This document shows, in pieces, positions 35,524-49,730 of a stretch of DNA of 64,000 bases (position 1 is its first letter; each line of letters opens with the position of its first letter). Under the pieces are notes generated by a model. The model was not told where the DNA came from and searched no databases. It worked only from the letters and a program-made list of their open reading frames with translations. The stretch spans positions 7,799,079-7,863,078 of the forward strand of contig OZ316898.1 of the NCBI GenBank assembly GCA_973895155.1. The letters run 5' to 3'. The DNA is from Marsupella aquatica (lineage: Eukaryota; Plantae; Marchantiophyta). The translations under genes were made by a program, and so were the position numbers.

Positions 35524-37286
35524 AGTTTTCTTAAACATTCATTGTAATTACTGATATATGCTCTTCCTCATTCCTATGTATTAGGCTACGGTTTAGTTCT
35601 GGTTTGCTCTAGTTAGAGAGGGAAACCGGTTTGGTTTCTGTCCAGAACTTCCCGCTGAGGGATCATATACATTGGCAGTATTACTCTCCCCTAGACCAGA
35701 GTCAAGGGGAAGATTGTTGGGTAATTACTCTTACGTCTAGGTTAGGTATGACGTGGTTGGTACAACAACGTGGGTTGGTACAACTACGTGGTTAGGTACA
35801 ACTACGTGATTAGGTACAACTATGTGATTAGGTACAACTACGTGATTAGGTACAACTATGTGGTTAGGTACAACTACGTGATTAGGTACAACTATGTGGT
35901 TAGGTACAACTAAGTTGCACACTATATCATAAGAGGCATGTGTGCTTGGAGAGGTAGAACCAAGGCTCATTGTTATGGAGCCACTTGAGAGATAGGGAGA
36001 GCTTACACTGTGGAGACTCGGTATAGCCGACGGGCTTAGAGTTCAGTAAAGCTCTCTTGTGTGTTCCCGTGGACGTAGCCTCAAGGAGGTGAACCACGTA
36101 TCTCTTGTGTCGACTATTGTGCGTTGGATGGTTCATGGGCTTGCCGTTGCGATCGTCGTCTATGCTCAACATGTGCAAAGTGGATCACTCCCTGTGCTGA
36201 CTTTCAGGGTTCAGATTATTTTGAAAGTTCAAAAAGAAAATTATAGGGAGAATAATACTCTGGGAAACTGAAGTGCCCATGGGCCCAAATGTTTGATAAA
36301 ATCTCCAGATGGACTCGCTCAATCCAGATGGACTGCAAATAATCCTCTTTTGTACTCAGATAGCACAATTTCTTTGTAACCAATTGATACTTCTCTGGTC
36401 ATCAGTAAGCCAAGTTGCAAGGTTCATGTGAGTGGTCCATCTGAGCAATACTGTCACTACTCTGACCTTGTGATATATATTGGAAACATTTATCGTGCTG
36501 CCCAACAACAAAAGGCACCCAACAGGGACTATCCCAAAATGAGGCATAAGGACCAATAAGATCTAAAACAAACACTCCCGCTTTGTTATACAGTGGTGGT
36601 GTTACAAAATCTAACATTTACAGTGCATAGAAAAACTAGGAAAGAAACAAAACAAGCCGAAGGTACATAGAAACTGAAAAATTGAGGAGGCATATAGAAA
36701 CGGAAAACAAGAAGATGATTGAGGATGAAGTGGGGAAGAGAGAGGATCCCGGATTTGTCCTCCTCAATTCTCACCCCCCCCCCCCCTTAATCCTCCTCCC
36801 AGACAAGTACTTTGTGTATGGCACATGTCAATTCCTGCTAGTTTCTGTTTGGCTCCAAAGTCAAGTGAACCGCAAACAAGTCGCGAGACAAGTTGTTGAA
36901 GACAAATGGATTCTCTTCCATGATGGTGCAACGATTCTGAAAACTGTTTAAGATGAAATGGGACTTTTATTGCCAAACTGGGCGTGTGATAGTTGAACAG
37001 AAATGGTTATTAAAATTGGTAATTTCAAACCTGTCAATGGAATTTCAAAGCTTTGGGGTTACCAAACCCAACCAGTCTTTCAGTAGACTTGTAAAACATG
37101 GACGAGACCAAAAGGACGAGCTTACAACCTGTGTACACAATTTTCCTACCTTATCCCGAGTGAGTGAAGCCCAAGTACTTCTGGCTCCCAAAACCTTATT
37201 GTTCAGAGTTGACTGACACAACTTTTTGAAAACATTGAGAAAAAGCTTCAAAATCCATCTCAAATTGCTGCAAAGCTGGATCTCAG

Positions 37287-40044
37287 TCAGTTGGGTAGTT
37301 GAGAACCAGAGCCTGTGGAGAATCTGTGCACCATGACATGCGTGTAAGTCTCCCCTGGCTGCACGATGATCGATGGGAAGTTGGGCTGATTCACAGCATT
37401 CGGAAATCCTTGGGTCTCAAAACAGAAGGCAGAATGCTTCTTGTACACTTTGCCTTCCTTGCCCACCGTGTGCTCCAAGAAATTCCCAGTGTAAAACTGC
37501 ACTCCAGGAGCATTGGTGAAGAGCTCCATGACACGGCCAGATGCGGGATCCACAGCTTTTGAAGTTTTCCTCAGATCAGTTCTGCATCCTTCAAATGCGT
37601 CCAGGGTGCCGCCCAGGACGTAGTTGTGATCATAGCCGCCAGGTGCCGGACCTGGAACCAGGTCTATGCGTGACATAATCGGGTGCTCTTCCAAAAAGTC
37701 CCAGGGAGTCCCTTTAACAGAAAGAAACTCACCTGTGGGAATAAACAACTCGTCCACTGCGGTGATCTGAGACGCCCAGATCTGAACTTTGTGGTCAAGA
37801 ATGTCACCACTTCCTGCTCCACTCAAGTTCCAATAAGTGTGGTTGGCTAGGTTGACTGGGGTAGCATTGCTTCCTGCTTTTGCTGACATTTCAGTGTGTA
37901 GCTCCAAGGCTTCACTTACGGTGTAAGTCACTGACACCTCCAAGTCTCCGGGAAAGCCTGGTGTAATCAGAAAATCTGCTTGAGAGCTTTCTGTGTAAAG
38001 GGTGGATAAGATTCTATCCAGTAGGACTAAATGCAATAAAGAAAGCCTCAAAAGAATGCACGAAAAGTTAGGGATACAACCTCGTATCGACGATATCTTG
38101 AGAAGCTCTGATGGATAAGTATTTGACTAAGATTACCTTCTTCACCATCTTTGCTCTGGTGTGTGAACTGTACGGAAGGTCCCCTGGAGTCTTTGACCTC
38201 CTTGGATTGCCAACGAACCTTGTCAAACCCGATAAGTCCTCCTGCCAATTAACCTCCCGCACACTGCTAAGGTAAACCAGGAGCTTAATCGGAAAAATGC
38301 CTGGAATCTTTAAGGCAAACTAGTCTTTGGTGGATTTACAAAATTTCAGGTGTCTAACTCTTCATTCTTATCTCAGTGGCCACTCTTTTCAGAAATCCTC
38401 TTTTTGTCCACAAAGGAAGAAGTTGACCAGACGTCATGAAGGTCAAAAGAGCCAAAGCGTCAAGGCATAAAATTCATATGGTAAGAAAATTTTCGAAATA
38501 CTAGGACAACTTTGAGTCCTGCGAAAGTGCTTGCCTTACCGTGGAGAGTACTTTGACCTTCATTGGGATAAAGGGTGTAGGTTTTGCCATCCAAAGTAAA
38601 GGTTGCCCCGGCAATCCTGTTGGCCACACGGCCTACAATCGCACCAAAGTAGGGCGATGAGACACCATCCTGCAGGCGAAATAGCAGCTATGTCAGAGAT
38701 TGAGCATCATTCTCAGCCATTCTCACACATTGGAAGTTATAGATGGCATTAAGAAAGAATGCAACCTATTCATACCACAAGCTATGACAGATGTTCTCCG
38801 TTGTTCGAGTTAAAACTGCAGAAACTCTGTTCTCTTAAAGAGATTCTCGATTCTTTCCAATTTATTGGCCTAACAAACAATGACTAGCACCGTATCGGAT
38901 TTTAATGGAAGAAAAACATTCAACTGAGGTCATCAATTGCAGAATCGCTTTTGTTCAGTTCTGGGCATTTTTCCCCACTCGTTCTTCTTCTCTTCGTCCA
39001 GTGATCAACAACGATCAGGATTCTCACAAATTTTGTATTTCACTCTCATGTCCAATACCTTTGTTTTTGTATCCGTGCAGGAGTTATAGTGGAGAGTACC
39101 CTACTTGTCCAAGGGGCAAGATGTTCAAGACCTAAGATGTCATATTTTGAAATGAAATCTAATCAGGGCACTTGGCAATCGTAAATTTTGGTATACTTCA
39201 AATTAAGGTGTCGAGAAACTCTCATGTAAAACTCTCCTACATAGAGACATTTATAAATTTTCCAGTCAGGAGACTGACTGACTGTATCACTGCCCAATAA
39301 AATGGCCAAAAACCATTTACGAAATGAAATATTAGTATGCTCGAGCCCACATCACAAAAGCAAATAAATGATGATGCGTCACATGAGCAATCCGCTTCAT
39401 TAGACCCAATGTAGGCCGGCCCCAGCTTTACACTGTAAGCAATTGCCCCAGAGAACGAGAAGGGGGACCGTGTGTCTGTGTTTAGGGGGGAAGGGGAAGG
39501 TGAAAAGAAATCTTGCCATGTAGGGAGCAAGCGTGTCAAACCCTAGGACAACGTCTGCCACATTCCCTGCAACAATCACAGTTGGTTGAAGCCAACATCA
39601 GCAGTAGCAGCGAGCGGACGTTAACAAGTAAAGATCCGATCTGTGCGCCAGATAGATTCAATCCGAACAGTGAACAATGCATTTTCAAAACGTTGGAGTC
39701 TTTCTATCTTCAATTGAAGAAAGTACAGTTGAACGAGAATGACTGATTGATTTTCAAGTTCATGGATTCTAGAGGCAGACCATATTGCCAGCAGACAATC
39801 AGGTACAGAGCTGAACTACCATTCAGTTAAGATCCCACGCAACAATGTCAAACTAAATTTAAACTCCACGAATCTGAGATAAAATTGGGAAAAGATACAT
39901 ACCCTTCGCGTCCGGGACCATCAGAGACATAATCGTGGCACCCCATTCTGTGATCGTGACTTTTAGCTCCCCACTCATCAAGGTGTAGATTCTTGGCAGT
40001 GAATCATCGTCACTCTTTTCCAAAACAACATTGCCTTCTCCCAT
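37287..40044 (-). CDS. Aldose 1-epimerase (galactose mutarotase), at least 5 exons
   Basis: Exons 40044-39903, 39566-39517 (GC donor), 38669-38540, 38241-38137 and 37957-37287. Motifs: WGATI, DVVLGFD, YFGAIVGRVANRI, LHGG, NLANHTYWNL, GYDHNY, PGVQFYTGNFL, FCFETQGFPNAVN. The true start may lie further upstream (acceptor-like site at 40099). Confidence 0.93.
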
Positions 40045-40979
40045 TTGTTTATCTTCCACAACAAGATCTTTGATCGGACTCGGACTTGCAGAGCCCACCT
40101 ACTGGGTAATTCAAACGAAGGTTGCAAACGATTTTCTTGCCGGGTTGTCAATCAAGGTGACATATACCGATCCCAACATTTTAGTCTCAGATATGCTTCC
40201 GGAAAGGTTTTTTCCTGCTCACAGAACCGAATTGGCCCAGAACAATTCGACTCGCTTCGAAAAGTTTAGCCAATCCGATTGAGCTCTAGCTGCTCTGTAT
40301 TCGAGTACAGTGACAGATTGAAAACGCAGAGAGATAGACTCTCCTCTTCAGACTTCAGCTATGAATCGGATATTGTACAGGAACGAATTTGGTGAGACTG
40401 CTTAGGATGGCGACAACGCATTGTCCAGCCCTCCATCTCGAAAATTGCTCCCGTCATCAGCCTTTCGTGGCATCAAATACTGTAGAAGCCCCAACTGAAT
40501 TCGCCAGAGCTGGCAGTCTCTAAGCGCACATTTAGTGCAAGATATCACGTTATTCCCATTTATTTTGCATGGACTTTGCACTTTTTTTTGCATCTTTTCT
40601 AAGCGCAGACAGGCCTGGAATGGTCTTCCTAATTGACCGGTTTATAAGATAAACATACTCTACAAGTGCATTTTTGTAATCCACTAATAAAAAAATGTAC
40701 ACTTACCAGTAAGTGCACAATCCCATCAGATTGCATTTTACTGATAAGTGGATGCCTTTCCTTAGTAGAGTTAAATATGTACTTATGGAGTTGGAGAGTT
40801 GAATTTACTGCAAGGATGTACAATTTGTGTAACAAGTCACCAGCTAGACTGCTCATTGACAAAGGGGCTACTTATCAATAGGTGCAAATTTTAGGGGGTT
40901 TGCACTTATCAGGAATGCAAAACTGGTTTAGTGTACACCAGATCAATCTTCCTGAGACTGTGTGTTCAGAGAGAGAGTT

Positions 40980-41764
40980 CTTTTTTGTTTTTGTTTTTTG
41001 TGAAAAAGAACCGGCACAGGGCGGGAACCCACACAAACCACCCAGGGGACAAAAGCCACCGGGGCAGGAAGAAAAAGAAAACCCTAATTAGGCCAGAAAA
41101 CCCGGTGCAACCACCGGGTGATTGCCAACACCAGCTCTCCTTGGATACTCACCATCATTCATATGTTTACAGCTAAAGTTACAAAACTTGTTCACTACTA
41201 AAGGGACCTGTTTCACACAAGAGGTACTCGTGTTCTGCATGGTTGGCCTGCAAACAGCTAAACCTGTGTGACCTATCCTGAACCCACCTTATCTGCACAG
41301 CCATCCAATTCTGCCCGTGGCTCCGGGATGTCTTCTCATTGTGAACTGTCATCAATGGATAAATTCAAAGCAATTGGGCTCTCAGTCTGCTCCCATGGTT
41401 TCAGCACTATCTGAATTTGGTCAAAGACTTTCCTAATTTGCTTGCTTTTCCTAGGTAGTGCACCCCTCTTACAGAGTGCTAAGATGTGTTTCGGATTGTC
41501 TGAGAACCACCCATGTAGGGAGCCATCCAAGGCATTGGGAATGATTGAGTGGCCGCACTCTTTTCTTTCCATATGCTATTGCACATCTCCATAAGTATGA
41601 TCAGTGGTCCTCGTTTCCGTTTATGTGTCCTAACCTCATAGGAAATTGCAGTAAACAAGTTCTCATTTGGGAATTTAGTGCAGAAGCTCTGCAGGACATT
41701 GTTCACTTCTCTCCATCGCTCATTCACCGTTCTGCAGCTGAAGAAAGGTGTTCTGTGTGCATTT
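40980..41764 (-). mobile_element. 5'-truncated L1-type LINE (3' end only)
   Basis: T-rich tract at 40981-40999 (A-rich tail on the minus strand). 10-bp TSD AGAGAGAGTT at 40970-40979 and 41765-41774. Minus strand encodes EHL(fs)FFSCRTVNERW...CNSIWKEK, resembling the zf-RVT HLFF.C..W and IWKERN motifs. Confidence 0.75.
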
Positions 41765-41827
41765 AGAGAGAGTTAGTTGTAGTTATTTCAGTTTAGCTCA
41801 TAGCCCATGCTTGGGCACCATACTATT

Positions 41828-43534
41828 TGTTGAGCATAGACGACATTCGTAACGGCAAGCCCATGAACCATCCAACGCACAATAGTCGACACAAAGAGAT
41901 ACGTGGTTCACCTCCATATGAGGCTACGTCCACGGGAACACACAAGAGCTTTATTGCACTCTAGGCCGACCGGCCATACCAAGCATCCATAGCACAAGCT
42001 CTTCCTATCTCTCAACTAGCTCCGTAATAATGAGCCTAAGTTCCACCAGGGTCTGGCTTCAGCCTTGGCTATATGCACAACCGCACAACCGCTAATATTA
42101 GCTAAGTCCTAACCCAAGTTAGCCTAACTATAGTTAGCTCATGAGTCACAAGACTAGAGCAATATCTAACAAACTCCCCCTTGACTCTTGTCTTGGGGAC
42201 TGGACTAAATGCTACCATATAGAATCCTCAGCGAGAAGTTCTAGACAATCACCAAACCAGGTCTCCCCCTAAAAACCACAAGGGTACTAAGGGTTAACTA
42301 GAACTAAATCGTAGTCATACAGATATGAGTAATCCATATACAAATAGTCGCACATTGCTAAATAACTCTACTTGCACTACAACTGCAAAACCTGCAAAGT
42401 AGCACGTTGTCTTGAGAAACTCTCCAAAGGAATCACTTTGGTAAAGGCATCAACGGGATTGAGCTTTCCATCAATCTTGACGAGCTCAAAAGTTTTATCA
42501 GACACTGCTTGCCTGATAAAATGGTACCTGATATCAATGTGCTTCACCCTACTATCCATCACCTGGTTAGCAGCCAAGTGAAGAGCACTCTGACTATCAC
42601 AGTTTAGAGTTATTTTGTCATGCTCTAAACCCATCTTCGTGATCAACTTGTCCAACCAAATTGCTTCCTTTGTTGCTTCTGCTGCTGCAACATACTCTGC
42701 TTCTGTAGTAGACTGAGATATACACTTCTGCAAGGTAGATTTCCAACTGATACATCCTCCTTCAAGAGTGTATACAAACCCAGTTGTAGACCTCATTGTA
42801 TCCAGACAACCTCCATAGTCAGAATCTACATAGCCAACCAACGTTCTATCTGATCTGTTATCAAATAGTAATCCATAGTCTTGTGTTCCCTTCAAATACC
42901 TGAGAATCCACTTCACAGCTTCCCAATGTACCTTCCCTGGATTTGACATGAATCTACTAACCTTGCCCATCGTTAGGGCCAAGTCAGGCCTAGTACAAGT
43001 CATCAAATATATCAGACTGCCTACTGCCTTCTCATAAGGAATCTTAGCTATCAGACCTTTCTCCACAGCATTCGTAGGAGAGAAAGCCGATGATAACTTG
43101 AAATGTGAAGCTAAAGGAATACTCACTGACTTACAATTTTCCATGTTGAATCATGCAAGTACTTTCCTCGCATACTGGCCTTGATTCAAGCACAACTGTC
43201 TAGTATCAGAGTTCCTAAAAATCTTCATCCGTAAGATCCTCTTGGCCTCACCAAGATCCTTCATCCTGAATTCAACACTCAATTTTGCCTTGAGATTGTC
43301 AACCTTAGATTGATCTTTAGCATGTCATTCACATAGATCACGAGAATGATGAAACCAAATACATCATTCTTGACTAATTTTGTATATACACAAGGATCAT
43401 ACACCATCCTTGTAAAATCTTAAGCAAGCATGAAATCATCAAACCGCTTGTTCCACTGTCTGGGAGATTGCTTCAATCCATACAATTAAGGACTTGAGCA
43501 ATCTGCAAACTAAGTTCTCTTGGCCCTTCTTCAT
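41828..43534 (-). mobile_element. Truncated Ty1/Copia 'Copia-C' (RT-RNase H plus 3' LTR), close relative of Copia-A
   Basis: LTR at 41828-42171 followed by the PPT complement AACTCCCCCTT. RT/RH ORF at 42377-43144. Homology to Copia-A stops abruptly at about 43534. Confidence 0.92.
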
Positions 43535-43539
43535 CTTCC

Positions 43540-45451
43540 AAATTTTGACAGGGCTAGTTTCATTTGGTCCGCAATTAGATCTGTTCGCCAGATATACATA
43601 GTTTGTTGGCCCTACCACAGAAGCGTACATACCCCTTGCCAGCTGTCTAAGCTCCAACGCAGATATGAAATTAACCCATCCAACAGAACGAGGCACAAGT
43701 TTAAGTTGCTTCTCGAAGGGGAATAGATAATCTCATCATAAATTGATTCGTAAAAATTTGAACCTGCACAGCATTGCTGTTAACCCAAAATTCCAAGCCA
43801 CATCTCCAACACACCAGCTTAATTTGTTCTTACATGAAATCAATGGAGATCTGAGTCCAAGCAGCAGCTCAAATACCAAATAAGCAGCTGAAATCGGCAA
43901 CCTCGTGATACAAAATTTGACAAACGTTTCATATATGTACTTCGATCGATTCCCTCCCTACCACCAAACTGACTCTAATTGATAACCCAACTCGTCTACT
44001 AGCTAGCGCTGAAATTGACTATACTAAATTTGTCATATATCAGAATTGGCATTTTGAGCTAGACCGTTTTGAGCTCTAGACCCTTGATAACGACAGAAAC
44101 GTACCAGCGGACACTTATCCAAGCCTTACCGTACCTGCATGAGGTGTTACTCTTTAGCAGAGCATACCCAAAAGCGCAGTGTCTAAGTACTTGAAGTGAG
44201 CAACTCACCTGGTTGCCATATGTAATGATTCACCCAGTTGTTATCAACCCACATGTAGAAAGACATGGTCTGGCTGCCGTCTGTCACGTTCCCATGGAAG
44301 AACGTTGCTCGTAAAAGATACGTTTCCCCAGAAACTACAGGCAGCACATAGCAGTTTCTGGTATTTGACGATCCGTCAAATACTCTGGCAGTCCGCGATT
44401 GCCTTTCGTTGATCCCGGTACTTGCAACGGCAGTCTGTTGGTTCCTTCCTGTCGAAATATATTTAGCATCCGCCTCCCAATAGATCCCAGTATTGTTGTC
44501 ATAGTAGCTTACATCGCTCCCACAATCAATGCTAAGAAATCCTGCGAAAGAAGAGAATGTCTAGTACATGAATATCTGACCGTAATCATATGTTAGAAGC
44601 GCCCAAAATTGTATGACGTTGTGATATATACATCGAAGCTTGCTACTGACTGTATAATTATTTGGTATTTGTACATTCCCAGACAAATAGAATTTTGTGA
44701 GCATGGTTTAGCCGTCAGTATATATGATTGTTTTCACGCTGTTGTACTCTGACTGCTGCGTCCGACAAAAGGGCAATGAAATGGTGAATAACCTGGTGAT
44801 GAAATCTCACATTGTCCACTGCAACCTGCAATCAGAATCTAAGTTTTCGGAGCAATTCGATCAAGTTCTTCGCAACCATGTTTAATTCTAAGTGTTATAA
44901 ACGATTGTAGTCGGCTTTCCAGTAGGATTTCTTGAGAAAGCCTCTCTTAGGCCATGAGAATTGCGTTTAGCTTATAAGAAACACACAGCCCGCTTTTATG
45001 TGGTTCGGGATCTAAATACAACTGGTACGTTAGTTAACAATGTTTTAAATAGTCCGATCTGTTGATTTTTTATTTAGCACATTATTGGTCAACCTGTCAT
45101 AAATTAATTTTGCTTGGGTAATGTCTGCTCCTACGTACACAAGACTACATTCAATTCGCTTGCACATTCCACTTAGTCTACCCGGTATCATTCTCTCTCT
45201 TTGAAGCTTTGTAAGTTCAAGAAGATTGTTAACTAGGCAGCATCGAATGGCTGTGTACTAATAAGTCGACATCCGTACCTTACGACCTCCATTCAACCGT
45301 CCGGTTAATTGAAAGCGAATTGATTGAGCAACACAAAAATTAGAAAACTTGCCCTGTGGTCCTTGTTGAGTTCCGACAGTAGAAACGCAAGCCAGACAAG
45401 TGACAAACAGAACCCATAGCGAAACCCTTCTTCTTCAGAAAGGATCTCCAT
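43540..45451 (-). pseudogene. Malectin-like-domain receptor kinase / receptor-like protein (LRR-I type), 5' exons only, frameshifted
   Basis: Exon 45451-45353 encodes a signal peptide (MEIL(fs)RRRVSLWVLFVTCLACVSTVG..PQG, GC donor). Exon 44541-44209 encodes GFLSIDCG...WEADAKYI...RTARVF...NCYVLPV...YLLRATFFHGN. Exon from 43763 encodes LCL(fs)FISALELRQLARGMY...RSNCG. It is then cut off by Copia-C. Confidence 0.85.
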
Positions 45452-48400
45452 TCCGCGTCACGCTCCTTGAACGGTCCTTCCTCAACGAGTGCACCATTGT
45501 CTGTGCATCATGACTTATTAGAGTCTAGAATCGCATCTTCTCATCTTATAGGCCTTCTACAGTACCGGTCTCAAGTGACTTCCCTCCGAGTCCCCCCTGT
45601 ACTTGACTCCCGACGACCATTCCTCACCCTGCAAAATAAGCGGAAGACCTGGGAACCCTTCTACAGGACGTCGTATGTCATTGAATGAGACTCCGCGCGC
45701 AGTATGGCCGATCATTTTAATTGACACGCGCGGCTACACACCCCCGACACACCCTATGTATCCACGCATTAGGGGTGGAAACTTTTTGTACAAATTAAAA
45801 TTTCACGTGAGCATCTCCTAATTAATCTGAAACCTTCGAGTGAGTAAGTGTTATCAAGGCAAGGAAGGCAAGGTTCTTTTGCCTTCAAGGCAAAAGACCA
45901 AGAGCAAGTGCTTGAATCACTATTTTTGGAATGAAGTTGACTTCTAGGATAGCAGCCTCTATCCACAATTGGAACACAGTAGCAGTTTGCAGATAAAGCA
46001 AAGCACCTCCTCTGAATAGACGGGAACCGGCCGGCTCTCACTTCACAAAACAAATGCAGTTCTGTAGCGTTCTTCAGTGGCTTTCCGAGCCTAGCTAGGC
46101 TCGGGAATTATAATGAGTTGGATGGCAATTTGCCGTAGGACCTGCACCCAACTTGCCGTGACCTTTTTGTTTCGAGTTTTGCGGTGCGCTCGCTGCCCAT
46201 ATGGCTCCTCATTAATTAATGTAAGCCCAAACAATCATCTACCCACCTATCTATCTTCGTCTGCTCTACACTATAATTAGCGACGGAAATCTACGGTCAA
46301 ATGACCAACTCCGCCATATACTTGGTCTGCAGAGTGAAGCATCTAGCCGTAACGGCTAGTTACTATTTTGGTAACAATCTTTGTGTATATTTAAACTCTA
46401 GCTACTTATGAGTAAAGATTGGCATGGGGGTCTGGGTAAGAAAAGTTTTGGGAAAGGATGAGTATGGGAGTCTGGATAAGAGAAGTGCTGAGTAGGAATG
46501 GGCATAGGCGTCTGGGTACGTAAAAGAAGTGCAATTTAGAGAATTCCTACATAAAATGGTATGTCCCTTGGATTGCCGTGACCCTTCTCGATCTTTGAGG
46601 CCCGTCTTGAGGTCTACCACCTAATAAATATGGAGTTGGTATAAACGCTGGCGATGTAAGTTCTCATAATTTATGTGCGTAAGCTGACAAAATGAGATTT
46701 AGAATCTAAATGAAATTTTTGTCTCTCATTTGTGAGGTTTTAGCTAGGATGGATGACGCTAGGATGAAACTCTACAATCCGCATCGACAGGTCTAACCCC
46801 TTTGTTAAGAAAATGGCCTGTAAGCCAACAGAATAGTGGCCGGGATAGTGATTTCCTATTCATCTAGCCTGAATTCCACCATCAAAACACAGCACTTGTG
46901 CATGCATCGCTACCGCACCGTTTTCACATATCGGAAGTAAAGCTAGGAAATAATGATTGTATTCTTCAGTACGACCCCGTTCCAAGTCTGGTCTAGCGAT
47001 GGCATGCAACAATTGCATACAGAAAGAAGCTGACTGCATCGCCCTGGCCATCCGGGTCCTGAGAGCCTGTCCGGTTGAATCTCACACCAGGTGCGATCCA
47101 CTACTGAATACTCGGTAGTACATGCCGAGCACACAGGCCGATCAGAGGGTCTGTGAGGGGCGGCCAGACATTTTCGTTGTTAGAAGCGGACCCAGCTGGC
47201 CCCACGGACGTATCATAATTGTCTTGATAGGGAGCCCTGCTTCCGAATGATCAATCCACTCCCGAATCCATTGCATCGAAGCATAATTGCTGACGCACAG
47301 CAGTCAAACTCTTTTGCTGGAGCTGAATTTGAGCTCCCTTTTCCTAGAGATCAATGAGACTAAAGGCAAACAGTTGTCTGTTCTCAGAGCATGTAATCTC
47401 AGCTGATGGGGTGCCCAACTGCCCACAGTCAGAACCACAGTCATCAGAATAATATATTCAGAACTCAAGGTTCTAACAGGTCAATTGCAATAGAGATATT
47501 TGTAAAGTTGAGACAAAGTTTGACGGACAGATTCAGCTAACCACGGATGATTAGTAAAAAGGTGTCGATAATTGGAAAGTAAACTACACTGATGGAAGGA
47601 GGTTGAGTTAACACTAAAGTGAGACGAGTTAGGAGTACAATGTAACAGGTGTCACGTTCACAATGAAAGTTGCAGGATTGGGTGTCTTTTGGAAAGAACC
47701 TCATCACGCTACGTACCATTTGCGGTTCTTGAGCTATGAGTTCTTGAGCTATGCACTTTGAGACATCATAGATATGTTTCCTTGCTCGCGCGTGCGCCCG
47801 CTCGCTCTTAGCACACCTTTCAGTTTGACTGAACTTCTAAATCGTTGAGGCACAGTGAAGGACCATGGATTTGCAACTGTTCCTTGCGCTCGAAATGGAT
47901 ATGGATGGTCTCCCAGCTTTAGTCGACGAAACCGATGACGAGCTTGAAGAATTCGATCTGTAGTTGTTCATGTTGATGTCACACCATTCTGAGTAGTGTA
48001 GTAGTATATCGTGCTATTAGAGTATGTACGTTTGGTATGAGTGCTATTGGAGCCGATAAGGTTCTGTCAGGTTTGTGTGAGAGGGTACTTCTCACTTGTG
48101 AGGCATTGAAAGGTCATCTTTCAATGTTGAGCCTTGGAGAGAGAGGAGCTTGAGTGTGGCTATGGTGGCTGTGAGCTCCGCTTGTGTAACGTGGATTCCT
48201 TGAGTAGTGCAAGGTGCGTTGGCTTGACATACGTGTGTGATCGGATCGGTGCGGGATCGATGGGGTATTGTTGACCGGGATCGTTGTGCCGATTGTATGG
48301 AGATTACATTGAAAGATCACATTCGAAATCTGCTGTACGGACTGTGCGGACAGAAGTTCGATTGATTGAGTTGTTGACGGTTCGTGGTAGCTCGGATCGT

Positions 48401-48576
48401 GTGTTGTTATCGAATAGATCGTTGGTATCTTGACCTGTATCGTTGTTGTCCGATCGGCCTGCTTCCCGATCGATGTACAGATCTGTGATTGGTGACAGGT
48501 TTTGAGTTGGAGGTCGATTGATGATTCGTGGAGGAAAGCGAATGTTGAGTAGATGTTGGACAGTGGAAGTCGATCT

Positions 48577-49180
48577 GTGAGGCTTCAGATCCGATTGCCG
48601 GCTACTGTGAGGCTTCAGATCTGATTGTCGGCTACTATGGGGGGCTTCAGATCTGATTGCCGGCTATTGTTGGACGATGTTGGCAAGGCGCAGGTGAAGC
48701 GACGGCTCTTTTCCTGAAGGAACGGAGCTGCCAATGCCCCGTGCGACGGTATCATCGACGGCTCTTTTCCTGAAAGAACGGAGCTGCCAATGCCCCGTGC
48801 GACGGTATCATCGTTTCAGTGAAAGAAACGAGGGTCAAAGGTGTTGAATCAAGCTACTACCAATTCTGTGGAAGGGCTGTGTTTTTCATGAAGGAAATCG
48901 ACAGTTTTCGGGAGCTTTTCATGAAGGAAGTAGTCATTTTTGGGGTCAGGTGTGAGGCGCACGAGGTCACCCATCCCAAAAGTGCTCGCGCGAGACGACG
49001 CATGGGGTCACCCATCCCCAAAGTGCTCCCAACCACGAGCGCGAAGTCACCCATCGCGAGCGCAAGCAGGCGCGAGGTCGAGGTCACCCATCCCGGGGCT
49101 ATTCCGGGCCGTGAGCGCGAGGGGAGGCACAAGGTCGAGCGCGAGGAGGTCACCCATCCCAGGGCTATTCCTAGCCGCGA
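48577..49180 (+). repeat. Short tandem repeats in the Gypsy-like leader / LTR
   Basis: An approximately 29-bp GGCTTCAGATC.GATTG.CGGCTA unit x3 (48577-48670), a 57-bp duplication (48701-48812), and GC-rich GTCACCCATCCC repeats (48965-49165). Confidence 0.75.
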
Positions 49181-49730
49181 GTGCTTAACTAGCAAGTTCT
49201 CATCCCACCTTGTGTACACACAAGCTTTGACAACTTGTTGTTTAGATTCAAGCGCCAGGGGGCTTTATACACTTCTTGGTTTGTTTAGAGACCTATTCTA
49301 GGCCAAATCAAAGGCTGTCTTAGGGTTTTTGATACTTCTGAGTCCATCTAGACTCACAGATTGAACCAATTTTGCCTTGGTTCTCATCTACAACATTGGA
49401 GTGCCATTGTGAAGCCTATTATGAAGGCTCTTCCTTGAACCTTATGCACATTGTCATATTGATTTGCATTTGCTTTTGTGTGGAGAGTTGAATGGTATCC
49501 ATTCTTGTTTCTGGATCCTCTTCACACATGTTTCCTGTTTATACGCCATGTTAGTTTGGTGTGGGCGCTTGATTCCATAGGAGTGATCCGGGTTTGCAAC
49601 TGGACATTCTAGTGTGCTGTGTATTTCTCTCTTGGTGATGTTGGAGTGATGCCCAACACACCATGGTGAGTGCTTGTGGTGCTGACAGGGATAGATTGCC
49701 CTTAGGGTTAGCACATAGATTAGGTTAGGG

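Larger units (their letters stand above)
29605..36171 (+). mobile_element. Full-length Ty1/Copia LTR retrotransposon 'Copia-B', recent insertion
   Basis: 457-bp LTRs at 29605-30061 and 35715-36171, with one mismatch seen. TSD TGTGC at 29600-29604 and 36172-36176. PBS TGGTATCAGAGC at 30064-30075. PPT at 35704-35714. Domain order gag-PR-IN-RT-RH. Confidence 0.98.

Noticed and set aside
44793-44825. Putative mini-exon in the malectin-like gene
   Set aside because: Not needed: exon 1 (PQG) splices in phase directly to FLSIDCG.
47896-47996. Acidic peptide MDMDGLPALVDETDDELEEFDL resembling a PIF/Harbinger transposase N-terminus cut by the Gypsy insertion
   Set aside because: Too short and low-complexity to support a call.
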